From: Squalus acanthias
Lineage: Eukaryota
Reading direction: 5' to 3'
Assembly (NCBI GenBank): GCA_030390025.1
Contig: CM059431.1
Span: forward strand, 113,028,001 to 113,092,000
Length of the DNA stretch: 64,000 nt
Numbering within the stretch: position 1 is the stretch's first letter; the number at the start of each line of letters is the position of its first letter. The notes below the pieces were generated by a model. It was not told the DNA's origin. It did no database searches and saw only the letters and a program-made list of their open reading frames with translations. The position numbers were made by a program, and so were the translations under genes. Shown here piece by piece: positions 50,892-63,085 of this stretch.

Positions 50892-51000
50892 GAAAGCCAT
50901 GGATAAAAATGTATGCAGCCAATGCTACAAACCCATTAACAAGGGTGCAAAAATGATCTTGGAGGATATGAACATTAATTGCCATGCAGCATGCTTTAAG
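50892..51000 (+). CDS. SCEL: Sciellin LIM domain exon, first half (KAMDKNVCSQCYKPINKGAKMILEDMNINCHAACFK)
   Basis: tttgcag| ... AAG|gtataa; CxxC...HxxC zinc ligands; phase 2 to 0. Confidence 0.93.
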
Positions 51001-51759
51001 GTATAAAATAGCGATGTACAGTAAAAAAAACTGCCTATTATAGATTGGTGTACGGTAACCCTTACAAACAAATAATATCATTTGAACTTTAACACTGCCT
51101 TCAGGTTATTTGCTAAGCAGTACACAGCAGTATGGCTAATCGTTTCTACCTTTCCCTATCACCCTGTGGGGAAACAAGAGATGTTTACTCAGCACCAATC
51201 CCTCCCTCAACAACTTGGCCAACATCAGGAAATCACCATGGGGCCGATTTTCCCAGCCCCGAGGAGGCGGGTTTGGAGGCGGGACAGTTAGGAAAATCGC
51301 AAAAAGTGAGGGCGGGTTCGGAACCCGCCTCCAACCCACCTCCGCGCAATTTTGCTGGAGGTGGGTTTGATGGGTGCGATTTGGTTCCGCCTCCATCAGT
51401 CGGGAGAGGTAGTTAAGACCCTTAAATAGTGGCCTCTATAATCCTATTTTGCCAGGCCTTTGTTATTTTACCACATTTTCAGCGTGTTGCATGGCCCTCC
51501 TAAACCACGGCAGCTAATCCTGGTGGGTTGACAAGTGGGTGGCTTCCTCACAGCTGCAGCTCCACCATTAAAACGGAGCTTTCAACAGGGATCAGTTGCA
51601 GGTGGCAGAACTTTTGTTGCACAGGTCTTTCAGCACTTTTAGCAGACCTACCGAAGTCGGAGGTGCTGCAGCTTCTATCTCTCAACTGTGGGACCTCCTT
51701 GGAAAACCCTCTCCCCGCTTGGACTGAGCGCTTCCCCAACGGAGATATCTGCCAGCAGT

Positions 51760-52962
51760 ATGGGAACCATTTATTTCCTTTCATCATGGACCTCAGATTC
51801 GGATGAGGAGCAGCCACGGCAGCAGCAGAACCAGGCAGCTCAGCAGCAACAGCAGCAGGAGCGCCAACCTCCCTGCTCACCCACCTGATGGTGCACAGGG
51901 CAGAAGGCGCCAGAGCATGGAAGCACGTCGCCGCAGGAGATACCCCCCTCTCAGGGTTTACAGACAGAGGATGAGCTTCCTCAACATGAGTGAGCAGCAG
52001 TGCCAAAGGAGGCTGAGAGTTTCGCGAGAGGTTGTCGGAGACATCGACGCAATGCTGCACCAACGCCTGGAGCCCAGAGGAGCGGGTGGACCACCCTTAC
52101 CAGTGGCTGTCAAAGTCACCACCACACTCAACTTTTTTGCCTCAGGCTTCTTCCAGGGATCATCAGCAGACATCAGCGGCATCTCCCAGTCGGCCGCCCA
52201 CAGTTGCATCATGCAGGTTACCGATGCCCTTTTTGCAAAGGCGCATAATTACATCCACTTTTCAAGGGATCAAGCAAGTGTAACCGCGCATTCGGTTGGC
52301 TTTGAAAATATGGCAGGCTTGCCAATAGTTCAGGGCGTCATAGACTGCACACATGTGGCTCTAGGGCACCCATCACAACCCAGCTATCTTTGTCAACCGC
52401 AAGGGCTTCCACTCCCTCAACGTACAGCTGGTGTGTAACCACAAGGAGATTTTGCATGTTTGCGCCAAGTTCTGTGGTAGTTGCCATGACTCGTTCACCC
52501 TGCGGAACTCTAGTGTGCCTCCGCTCTTCAATCCGCCAAACCAACTTAACGGATGGCTCCTTGGTGACAAGGGATACCCCCTGAAGAAGTGGCTAATGAC
52601 GCCGATCAGGAGGCCAGCTAACGAGGCTGAGGAGCGCTACAACGCCAGCCACATTTCGACAAGGTCCATCATCGAAGATGCTGAAGATGTGATTCTGATG
52701 CCTTGACAGATCAGGTGGAGCCCTGCAGTACTCAGCAGCCAGGGTCTCTAGAATGGTCGTGGTCTGCTGTGCACTGCACAACATCGCACAGCATCGTGGC
52801 TTGCAGCTTCCTGATGAGCAAGTGGCTCAGTACATAGCCTCCTCAGATGAGGAGGAGGAGGAGGACCGAGTGGCAGCGCATTTACCAACTGCAGTGGCAG
52901 CACGTGAGCACATTGCTGCCCGTGATGCAAGGGATGCACTAATCCTGGCAAGATTTGCATAG
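51760..52962 (+). pseudogene. Harbinger (HARBI1-like) DDE transposase, frameshifted
   Basis: Motifs across frames: [64 protein letters not shown]. It has at least 3 frame breaks and in-frame stops. Confidence 0.9.
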
Positions 52963-53195
52963 GTTGCCCATTGTGGCACATGTGCTTGGCTCCTTCTTAA
53001 CACATGACAGACAATGAACATGACTCTCTGGCCTCCTTTCACTCTGACCACCAACCTGACCACGCAAGTGTCGCGGAGCCCGCAATGTGGAGCTGCCTAA
53101 GCCGAAATAACAGATGCCATCACGCCAACAGTTTGCCATCACCTCATTTTAATACGTTCACACAGGGATGGCATTTCATCAATAAACAGAAACAA

Positions 53196-53390
53196 TCACC
53201 CAATCTGCACACAGATCTGGAGGTTATATCCCTTGCCAGCTGGACCCACACAGTCTTGGTTTCTTTCTTTGGTCTTCTTCCTCCCAGATGAGGGGAAGAG
53301 CGCCTCCCTGCTAGCTCTCGCCCTCTCAACCAGGATACCCAGCGCCTCATCCAAGAACCTCGGGGAGGCCCTTGCCTTGGAGCTGGCCAT
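53196..53390 (-). pseudogene. Truncated Harbinger Myb/SANT-like protein (N-terminus only)
   Basis: MASSKARASPRFLDEALGILVE...LFP, then a frameshift to KTVWVQLARDITSRS; the rest is deleted. Confidence 0.75.
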
Positions 53391-54351
53391 TCTTCAAGGA
53401 GATAAAAGTTTGGAGGTGGTGCAGCATCGACCAAAAACCAATGGAATGAGCCAAGGCAGCAAGCAACCCTTAAATGAAGCTGGATAAGTGATGTCAGCAG
53501 AGGCGAGTTTCAGTCCCAAAACACTAATTGGCCCAGGGGAACCCACACCTCTGAAATTAACTGGCCAATTAGGGGAAAATCGCTAATTTTTCCCACCTGA
53601 CAGTGGAGGCGGGTTCGGAACCCACCCAAACCGAAACCCGCCTCCAACCCGCCTCCAATGGGAAAATCGCCCCCCATGTGTGGAGTCACAGGCCCACGTG
53701 CACACCCGAATAATCTGGGTAATTTTGACTTTGCCTGAAAGTGTATAATGGGTGGCTGAATTTGATATTACCCGTTGTACACTTCCACCCAAAGTCAAAA
53801 TTACCCCCTCTATGTCAGTTTAATAAAAGAGCCGTGAGTCAAGCATACATCCACCATACCTCAGACATTAAACTTCAGGCATCATGCTTTAGAAAAATAT
53901 CTCCCCCCAAAAAAGAAGCAAAGCCAGTTATTTCCTGACAGTTTTTCTCACCTTGATAATCTAGTCACTTCCCAGCAGCATGAATTGGGGATTTGCAAGC
54001 AGCTCCCAATCTAGAAAAACTCCTTCCAAAAATTAGCCACTAATTGACCTCAGGTTGTGCCTATTTAGGCCACTCCCCGTTCCCGGGGTGTACTTGAGCA
54101 GTGGCCCGAAAGGAACAGCTTAAACACAATCCCACCACTGCAACTAAATATCACAACTGTTCTTCAGACCCCCGCGACCTGTGAGTGACATCGTGAGAGA
54201 TCATTTAGTTCCAGTCTGTGCCTTGCACAAGAAAAAATGTGGCCATATTTAATTTGGCTTTGTTGGAAGGGTTTAGCTGAATGTAAAGGGGTTTACTGTG
54301 GCTCAGTAGATCCCCACAGAATAATTATAATCACATTTTATTTTGCTGCAG

Positions 54352-54454
54352 TGTCAGATTTGCAACTCGTCTCTCGAAAACCTGAATGCTGGAGACAACT
54401 TCTGGGTTCACCACCGCACCGTGCACTGTGAACCGTGCTATGACAAAGTAAAGG
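54352..54454 (+). CDS. SCEL: Sciellin LIM domain exon, second half (CQICNSSLENLNAGDNFWVHHRTVHCEPCYDKVK)
   Basis: ttgctgcag| ... G|gtaggt; CxxC...CxxC; phase 0 to 1. Confidence 0.93.
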
Positions 54455-54591
54455 GTAGGTGCCAGAATTAGTTGTGGTTAATTAAAATATTAATTCATGT
54501 ACTTTTAATAGTTGAAATTTCAGTAAAAACTCCCGTTGTTGTGGGACAGTCTGCAGAAGCTGGGTTCTATCCCAAATCACAACATTACACA

Positions 54592-55002
54592 GAAAGAAGA
54601 AAGAAAGAACTTATATAGGAACAGGAGTAGGCCATTCAGCCCCTCAAGCCTGTCCCACCTGACAATAAGATCATGGCTGATCTGTATAAATTTGTATTTA
54701 TATAATGCCTTTTATGACCTAAGGATGTTCAAAAGCACTTTACAGCCAATGAATTCTAATTTAGGGAATGCAAGAACCAATTTTCACACAGCAAGCTCCC
54801 ACAAACAGCAATGAGATGATGACCAGATAAACTGTTTTAGTGATGTTGGTTAAGAGATAAATATTGGCAAGGATGACTCCCCTGCTCTTCTTCAAAATAT
54901 TGCCATGGGATCTTTTACGCCCACTTGAGAGATCAGATGGGGCCTCGGTTTAACGTCCGATCTGAAAGATGACACCTCCAACCGCACTCCCTCAGCACTG
55001 CA
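54592..55002 (-). mobile_element. DeuSINE partial copy with a CR1 3'-tail fragment (about 54613-54685) inserted in its tail
   Basis: Reverse complement matches 3850-4205; interrupted by ggaacaggagtaggccattcagcccctc...gatcatggctgatctg. Confidence 0.78.
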
Positions 55003-56790
55003 GCTGCAATTGTTGACCGATTGCTGTGAGGATGGATGTGTTGGGCAACCAATGGTGGGAGCATAGGGGCGGGGTGGTAGGAGGCGGGAGGTCATGTGAT
55101 GAAACCTCCCAGAAACACATCCAACCACAGTGGCCAACCCTAGATGTTAGTAAGGTTGTCACCTTTTCCCAAGTGCAGAAGTGGATGAGGGCAGGAGTGG
55201 GACAAGGAGGTGGGACATTGGCTTGAGATCTAAGGGCTGATTTTAACTTCCGTTGGAGACGGAAACCTGGCGGTAGTGGATCGGCCGCCCATTATACACC
55301 CCGCCTGATTTTCCTTTCCATTGTCTTCAACTGGGCGGTCGATCCGCAGATGCCTGTATTCCACCACTGTTGAACTTAAAATTGGCCCCTTGGTGTTTGT
55401 TTTGCTGCTGGTGAAAATTCTTTGAAAACCTTAACATTAATAAGTAATAAGTAATGCCTCTGTATCTCAAAAATCAGACAAGGGAGAGAAAAAAATCATG
55501 TTTATTTTTAAAAACAAACTTTGCATAGTTTGAAATGTCTGGACAGCTCAAACAAAACAGGATTGTATCGTTCAGGACTAGGCATCTGGCAGCCCCGGAC
55601 GCCAGCTACATACATAGCCCAAATATGCATCGGCCAAACATCCCTTATCTTTTTTAAAAAGCAAATTAAATCAGCATCCTACTTGGGGCTCCTGTTGTGC
55701 TGATACAAAAGCCCATTGATCATTTTCGTAGGAACAGTTAAAAATTGTTTGCGGTAATACCAGTTCTAGATTGATGTTATTTGCATGAATTCCATTGTCC
55801 TAAATTGAAAAGGAAAAGCTGGGGAAAATTCCGTGCTCTCCTGTTGAGGCTGCCCTATTCCAAATTTCAGAGCAAATGTGTTCGTTCTCTTGGTAAAAAT
55901 ATTATAAATGCTCTCACATTTACAATTTGCTGCAGGACTTGGGTCAAAAGTGATTCTGCATTGCCACATGGAACATTTCTCAGTTGTGCCAAGCTGGAAT
56001 TCTGTACCATGTGATGTTATTGCTGACTGCTACATGCAGGAAAAACAGAAATTGCAGTTGCTGCACATAACAAAACGCTTTCTATTAGGGTTAGGGTTAC
56101 GATACCTTTGAGCATAATTTAATAACAGGTCACCAAATTCACAGAATAGATCTAAACCAAAGGTTACTCTTTCAATGTGTTTTTTTTTTACACACTTCAT
56201 CTTACTAAAGCCATCATCATTTCATAGTCTCCTATGCCAACTCATTGGTTTTTATTTCCATTAAAGCCAATGGAAATAAAAATTGGGAGAGATGTAAAGC
56301 GGGCTGCCTGTTCGCTATCACCCGTTTTACACTATCGCACAAAGTCAAGATCTACCCCATTCTTTCCCAGCACTCAAAATTGTGGGACACTTTACCACTC
56401 TGTCTTTCCTTCCTCTTACATTCTTCAAGTTTTTAAAATCCAAGTGTGGTGCCAGTTAACCATTACTTACTGATTTGTCCCATCTTCTCTTCCACTCTTC
56501 TCCACTGTGGTCATTTCCTGTATTATATACCTTGGCCCTACACATGGATTTCTGGGGGAAAAAAACAAGATTCTGTCTACTTGTGTGAAATGTAGGCCAG
56601 TTTGCAGTGATATTTTTATCTTACGGAAACTCTATCAGCTTATAAAATGTGTATGGGTTATTATGTTTGTCTCTTAATATGAAATGTGTTTATGTTCCAT
56701 TTGCAAAATAGATAAATATTGTTACAGTAATGTGTAAAGAAATATTTTGATGGTTTTTAAATCTGAAGAACATTTCTACTTTGTTTGCAG

Positions 56791-56807
56791 CACAATGGAA
56801 GTACTAA
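56791..56807 (+). CDS. SCEL: Sciellin last coding segment (AQWKY-stop), followed by the 3' UTR
   Basis: ttgtttgcag| CA CAA TGG AAG TAC TAA; parallels the recalled sciellin C-terminus AKWIP. Confidence 0.85.
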
Positions 56808-58940
56808 ATTGATTCTCGGACAAGAGTATCAACTGAACAATGATGTTTCTGCGGTTTGAGATTTTTGGGGATAGGACGACATATTTACGCTGCTTTTTGA
56901 ATTTTAGTAGATATCTCTTATACAAATTATAATTCCTTTCTCCAATTGTAATTTCTGGATTTTATTTTAATATAGAGGAATAGCGTTTCCTTGTATAATG
57001 TATTTTGGGGACAAATTGCTACAAAGGACCTGCATCATGTGAAAGTGAAGTCACTGCTCAAAGAACTGCCGTGAAATAACTTCTTTACTTGATCAATGTA
57101 TATTTTAAGAGGCATAATAAAATCTGATGTGGTTTATTTCTCAAAAAAATGTTCACCAGCTTATGTTATTGCAACTGGATAACTATTGTGTGTGTTTTCT
57201 TTTAAGCATTGTGTTCTACCTTTACCTAGAGAGTAGCATATGTTCCCCAAATGATAAAAGATATACAGGTTAGACGACTAAGTAAAATGGCATGTATTAA
57301 CAGAACTGAAATCTTCCATGTGGTATCTGTATTGCAAACATGTATTTTCAGTTTTCCAAGAAAGAATTACAGGACTGGAAAATAAACAGATGCAATACGT
57401 TAATGGGACAGTGTCTCTGTATTAGTGAGGGTTCAGGCCTGCTAGGTTCTTGAAGCAGCATCTCTAACTACTGCAGAAATGCTATGTTGGGCACTATGGC
57501 TAATTTGGCATTATGCTTACCTTATTTTTTTAATTTGAAAAAGTGAGATAAAAATGGTATTGCTGGACAAAATTTGCTAGACAGTAACATCAGTGCATTG
57601 ATGATTGTGTCACGCAATGTCCTAATTACTATGACAACGTTGCGTCTTTAAGAGGCTGGCACTGTTATGAATTAAATATTATGACGTTTCTGAATTTTAA
57701 CTATTAGCTTTCAGGAAAACTAGAGATTTTTGAAACTACTTAAGTGTAATTTAAAAAAAAGTGTCAGAGTTCTTTAATAGCAAGGGGCAGAAATTCAAAA
57801 GCAACATCTAAGCTAATGCCACCTCTTTTTATATTTACATATATATATATATATATTTACACATTTCATTGGAAATCATTTCTTTGCTAAATTGTAGTTT
57901 TAGGGAAGTTTATGTTTCTATATGGTAAAGAAAATCTGTATATGACATGAGCATTTTATTTCAATTATTACGTATATCTATGTGACAAATGAAGGGCCAA
58001 ATTTTCATATTGGTGAGCAGTAATAGTGTTACAGCTGATTATGATGACAGAAAACCTTTCTCCTCACCACACTGCCAAGATCATTCAAACACACTCATGA
58101 AAATGTTTGTCCAGTGGGTATTACAAGTTGTGGTGACATTTTCACCGTGTAATTTATAGAGATCATTCTGTTTGCAGAGAGGAGTAATCAGGCATTTTCC
58201 CACGACAACTCAATAGCTGGGTAGCAGCCATGAAAGTGATTTGAGTTAAAATCAGCTTCTGTTTATCTTTGTCCCTGCTGATGTTAGCAACAACCAAAAT
58301 AAAGAAAAATCATAGTTCTGCTGCTTGTAACACCACATCCGAATGCTGCCGGCAGGAAAATCTGGCCCACTCTCAACCTTTTTAAAGATAGTTTAGATTT
58401 CAATGTACAAAAACATGGTTTCGATTAGTTGGGATTTAAAAAGAAATTGGAATCAGGTAGATCCATGGTAATCATGTCTTCAGAATTCTTGAATATCATA
58501 TATATGTTACAGCATCTATAAGAGTGCTAACTTTTTATATTCACTGGAGAGTTAACCTGTGATGCTCAGTTGTCATTTTTCACTTTATTGAAATGCTGGT
58601 TTCAAAATTGCGTCACAAGAAATATACAGTGAAATTGAGGACATTAGCTTTGACAAATCCTTCGAAAGCTAAACTTGCCTTCAATTGTCAGCACCTCCAG
58701 TAATTGACAGTAAATCTAGATTTAAACATAAGCCTGTGCTGAGAATAGGAGGATTACCAGGAACAATACTCTGATGGATCTAACAATCATTTATCAGAAG
58801 CAATCAACAATCTGAACTTCCATATGAAATGATATTTTGCATGTTAAGTAAAATAATGCGTTATGTATTAATGCATGAATATACAGCAAGAAAATATGTT
58901 GGTAGTGAGGTATTGTGTTAACAAACTGTAATATTGTGTT

Positions 58941-58946
58941 AATAAA
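58941..58946 (+). terminator. Probable polyadenylation signal of the sciellin gene; other AATAAA sites at 57116 and 57381
   Basis: AATAAA followed by GT/T-rich sequence, at the end of a roughly 2.1-kb stretch with no obvious transposon after the stop codon. Confidence 0.55.
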
Positions 58947-59057
58947 AAGAAAGAACTGACCAAATTGGTAAACACTGTTGTTCTTAATTATGCGTGTGTT
59001 CCATTAGTTATTTGGAAATCACTGCTTTTGATTTTTTATTTGAAAATTGAAACTATT

Positions 59058-59798
59058 GGCCCAAAAATTAGTGAGTGAGCCTTCGTGTGAGGGTAAGGCC
59101 TTCCCGCGATCTCTCACTGCGCGCTGGCTTTTTCAGTCCGAGCTCGCACGAACTTGATGTTCTGGACAGCATCTGTGCAGGGCTTCCGTATCCCACAGGC
59201 GTAGTTAATTCGTGCGAGCTGTGGGATCACGTGACTCAGTTAGAGCCAATGGCAGCACACCATCTTTCATTCATAGCTTTCACAGCACGGCTGTGAAAGC
59301 TATGAATACTATACCCCCCCAAAAGAACAGCTAAACCTCAATTAAATTAAAAAAAAACATCAGATTAATAAAATAAGTATAGTTAAATAAATTAAACATT
59401 TTAAACAAAAAATTAAATTTTTGAAAAAATTTTAAATCTTTTAAAAAGTTATAAAAATAAACTTACCTGTCTTTAAAGTCTCTAAAAAAGATATACCTGT
59501 TAAAAAAAATTCAAAATAATACTTAATTAAGTACTTACCTTGTTAAAAGAGGGTCTTACGCCTCCTTTCTTTATGTCTAAAATCTTCCATACTTACCTGC
59601 GCGTCCAAAGCACTAAGTGCACAGCGTGCGCGCAGCCTGTAGCGCGCACGCGGTTCACCTAGGAACCGCCCCCTTTTGAATTCACCAAGTGCCGGTTTTC
59701 AGCGCATGCGCAGTGCATGCAGAAAACCGGCAATTGGAGACAGAATACGCGAGAGTACACAGTGCGTACTCTCGCGTAGCGGCACTAATTTTTGGGCC
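59058..59798. mobile_element. Hairpin-rich MITE, copy 2
   Basis: Perfect 16-bp TIRs GGCCCAAAAATTAGTG / CACTAATTTTTGGGCC and a 3-bp TSD ATT (PIF/Harbinger-like). Confidence 0.9.
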
Positions 59799-60115
59799 AT
59801 TAAGTTTTATTTTTACATTGATATCCTTGCTAATATCTTACAGTGATACATACACAAAATTATATCAGTGTTCAATGTTATGGTTTGCACATCTTTCCCT
59901 TCTCCCCCTTTTTTTTTATTCATCATCCAGTACTTTTTCATTTTAGCAAATGTTTCCGTGCTATTCATGCCTATCCAGTACCCCAAAGAGGATTTGTTTT
60001 AATTTAATGGAATTTTGCCCAAATTTCCAATATATGCCCCTGGTGGATGAGACTACTTGTAAAATTCTCCATCAGGGCAATGAAAATCGTACTGAGAATC
60101 TGAAGACACAGTTCC

Positions 60116-60562
60116 TTGTGTCAGCTGTGGCTCAGTGGGTAGCACACTCGCCTCTGAGTCAGAAGGTTGTGAAGGTCATAAAGCTAGGCTGACATTCCAG
60201 TGCAGTGCTGAGGGAGTGCTGCACTGTCGGAGGTGTTGTCTTTCGGATGAGACGTTAAACCAAGGCCCCGTCTGCTCTCTCAGGTGGACGCAAAAGATCC
60301 CATGGCACTATTTCGAAGAAGAGCAGGGGAGTTATCCCCGGTGTCCTGGCCAATATTTATCCCTCAATCAACATCACAAAAAAAACAGATTATCTGGTCA
60401 TTATCACATTGCTGTTTGTGGGACCTTGCTGTGCGCAAATTGGCTGCCGCGTTTCCCACATTACAACAGTGACTCCACTTCAAAAGTACTTCATTGGCTG
60501 TAAAGTGCTTTGAGATGTCCGGTGGTCGTGAAAGGCGCTATAGAAATGCAAGTCTTTTTCTT
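60116..60562 (+). mobile_element. DeuSINE copy with the B box deleted
   Basis: Colinear with 3738-4205 but lacks ggttcaagtcccactccagg. Confidence 0.85.
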
Positions 60563-61090
60563 CATGACGCTTGTAAATCTATTACCAATGATGGCTCCAT
60601 CCTCAGTCATCCTTCATCAATTGACATTATTGTCCTCCCTGGGACTGAAATTCTTTCTTTTAATTTTACTGGAAAATGTTTGGTAAAATTATCAACTCTG
60701 ACCTCAAATGGCATTCTCGCATCTCTTCTATTGTGAATGCTGCCTCCAAGAATTGCAGTTATTTCTTTTGTGCCAAACACCTTTTTTGCCTCAAAAACAT
60801 AGCTCTTAAGTCCAAGCCCGTCAACGACTTTATTATTGCTCCCATATCTAGGGAGGTTCTGCTAGCAACTCTTTTGGGCTGCAGGACAGAATGCCAGAAA
60901 AGGCTTACTGTTTAATAAGCAATCCCTGTCAGCTCTAGCCTCCAAACTCTCCACCTCAACCTTTCTTGTCTTTCACTGTTTTATTACAACCACCATAGCC
61001 TGTGTTTATCTGAACTTTCCTCTCTTGTTCCTTTTGAGCTCCAAATATACCTCCAGATGCTTTTCCTCCACCCTGCATTCTCACGATTTT

Positions 61091-62898
61091 ATTTCATTCG
61101 CTTATGGGATCTGGGCGTCGCTGGCAAGGCCAGCATTTATTGCCCTTGAGAAGGTGGTGGTGAGCCAGCCTTCTTGAACCGCTGCGGTCCGTGTGGTGAA
61201 GGTACTCCCACAGTGCTGTTAGGTAGGGAGTTCCAGGATTTTGACCCAGCGACGATGAAGGAACAGCGATATACTTCTAAATCAGTATGGTGTGTGACTT
61301 GGAGGGGAACTTGGAGGTGGTGGTGTTCCCATGCGCCTGCTGCCCTTGTCCTTCTAGGTGGAAGAGGTCGCGGGTTTGGGAGGTGCTGCTGAAGAAGCCT
61401 TGGCGAGTTGCTGCAGTGCATCCTGTAGATGGTACACACTGCAGTCATGGTAAGCCGGTGGTGGAGGGAGTGAATGTTTAAGGTGGTGGATGGGGTGCCA
61501 ATCAAATGGGCTGCCAATCAAATGGGCTGCTTTGTCCTGGATGGTGTCGAGCTTCTTGAGTGTTGTTGCAGCTGCACTCATCCAGGCAAGTGGAGAGTAT
61601 TCCATCACACTCCTTACTTGTGCCTTGTAGATGGTGGAAAGGCTTTGGGGAGTCAGGAGGTGAGACACTCGCCACAGAATACCTAGCCTCTGACCTGCTC
61701 TTGTTGCCACAGTATTTATGTGGCTGGTCCAGTTAAGTTTCTGGTCAATAGTGACCCCCCAGGATGTTGATGGTGGGGGATTCGGTGATGGTAATGCCGT
61801 TGAATGTCAAGGGGAGGTGGTTAGACTCTCACTTGTTGGAGATAGTCATTGCCTGGCACTTCTGTGGTGCGAATGTTACCTGCCACTTATCAACCCAAGC
61901 CTGAACGTTGTCCAGGTCTTGTTGCATGCGGGCATGGACTGCTTCATTATCTGAGGAGTTGTGAATGGCGCAGTCATCAGCGAACATCCCCATTTCTGAC
62001 CTTATGTTGGAGGGAAGGTCATTGATGAAGCAGCTGAAGATGGTTGGGTCTAGGACACTGCCCTGAGGAACTCCTGCAGCGATGTCCTGGGGCTGCGATG
62101 ATTGACTTTCAACAACCACAACAATCTTCCTTTGTGCTAGGTATGACTCCAGCCAGTGGAGCATTTTCCCCCTGATTCCCATTAACTTCAGTTTTACTAG
62201 GGCTCCTTGATGCCACACTTGGTCAAATGCTGCCTTGATGTCAAGGGCAGTCACTCTCACCTCACCTCTGGAATTCAGCTCCTTTGTCCATGTTTGGACC
62301 AAGGCTGTAATGAGGTCAGGTGCCGAGTGGTCTTGGCGGAACCCAAACTGGGCATCAGTAAGCAAGTTATTGGTGAGTAAGTGCCGCTTGATAGCACTGT
62401 CGATGACACCTTCCATCACTTTGCTGATGATTGAGAGCAGACTGATGGGGCGGTAATTGGCCGGGTTGGATTTGTCCTGCTTTTTGTGAACAGGACATAC
62501 CTGGGCAGTCTTCCACATTGTCGGATAGATGCCAGTGTTGTAGCTGTACTGGAACAGCTTGGCTAGAGGCGCGGCTAGTTCTGGAGCACAAGTCTTAAGA
62601 ACGATAGCCGGGATGTTGTTGGGGCCCATAGCCTTTGCTGTATCCAGTGCGCTCAGCCGTTTCTTGATATCACGTGGAGTGAATTGAATTGGCTGAAGAC
62701 TGGCTTCTGTGATGGTGGGGACCTCGGGAGTAGGCCGATATGGATCATCCACTCGGCACTTCTGGCTGAAGATGGTTGCAAACACATCAGCCTTGTCTTT
62801 TGCACTCACGTGCTGAGCTCCACCATCATTGGGGGTGGGGATATTCATGGAGCCTCCTCCTCCCGTTAGTTGTTTAATGGTCCACCACCATTCACGAC
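61091..62898 (-). mobile_element. 5'-truncated non-LTR retrotransposon (RT domain; clade not assigned)
   Basis: ORF 61829-62848 has NYRPISLL, QFGFR, DIKAAFD, GVPQGSVL and FADD. The C-terminal frames 61137-61710 match 26515 and 36066. Confidence 0.93.
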
Positions 62899-63085
62899 TG
62901 TTGAATTCAAGAGTTATTATACAGTCTTTTACTACAACTCATTCTTTTCTCAGAGCTCAAAACTGTGGAACTACTTGCCTCTCAGTGTTCCTTCTACAAT
63001 TTTCTATGCTTTTAAGGTCCAAGTTTGGCATTACCGAATTCATACTATGACTTATTCATCTTTTATTTTGCTCTTTTCGGACTTG

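Larger units (their letters stand above)
51240..53674. mobile_element. PIF/Harbinger DNA transposon (decayed), in the intron that splits the LIM domain
   Basis: 16-bp TIRs GGGG(C/G)CGATTTTCCCA and a 3-bp TSD CAT (51237-51239 and 53675-53677); convergent transposase and Myb-like genes. Confidence 0.93.
1353..58970 (+). other. SCEL: Sciellin-like gene span (26 coding exons, about 613 aa); a non-coding first exon probably lies upstream and was not located
   Basis: The chain of GT-AG exons has consistent phases and no stops. The C-terminal LIM CSQC..CHAACFKCQICNSSLENLNAGDNFWVHHRTVHCEPCYDKVKAQWKY resembles recalled sciellin (CFKCEICKQPLENLQAGDSIWIYRQTIHCEPCYSKIMAKW). The N-terminal DNDWIR and NYGK motifs resemble sciellin DNSWIK and NYGR. 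Confidence 0.85.

Noticed and set aside
51760..52962. Domesticated HARBI1 host gene
   Set aside because: It has multiple frameshifts and stops, and is bounded by TIRs and a TSD with a convergent Myb remnant, so it is a transposon copy.
50892..54454. ZNF185 assignment
   Set aside because: LENLNAGD..W....HCEPCY and the terminal A-x-W exon match recalled sciellin better. This was not confirmed by a search.
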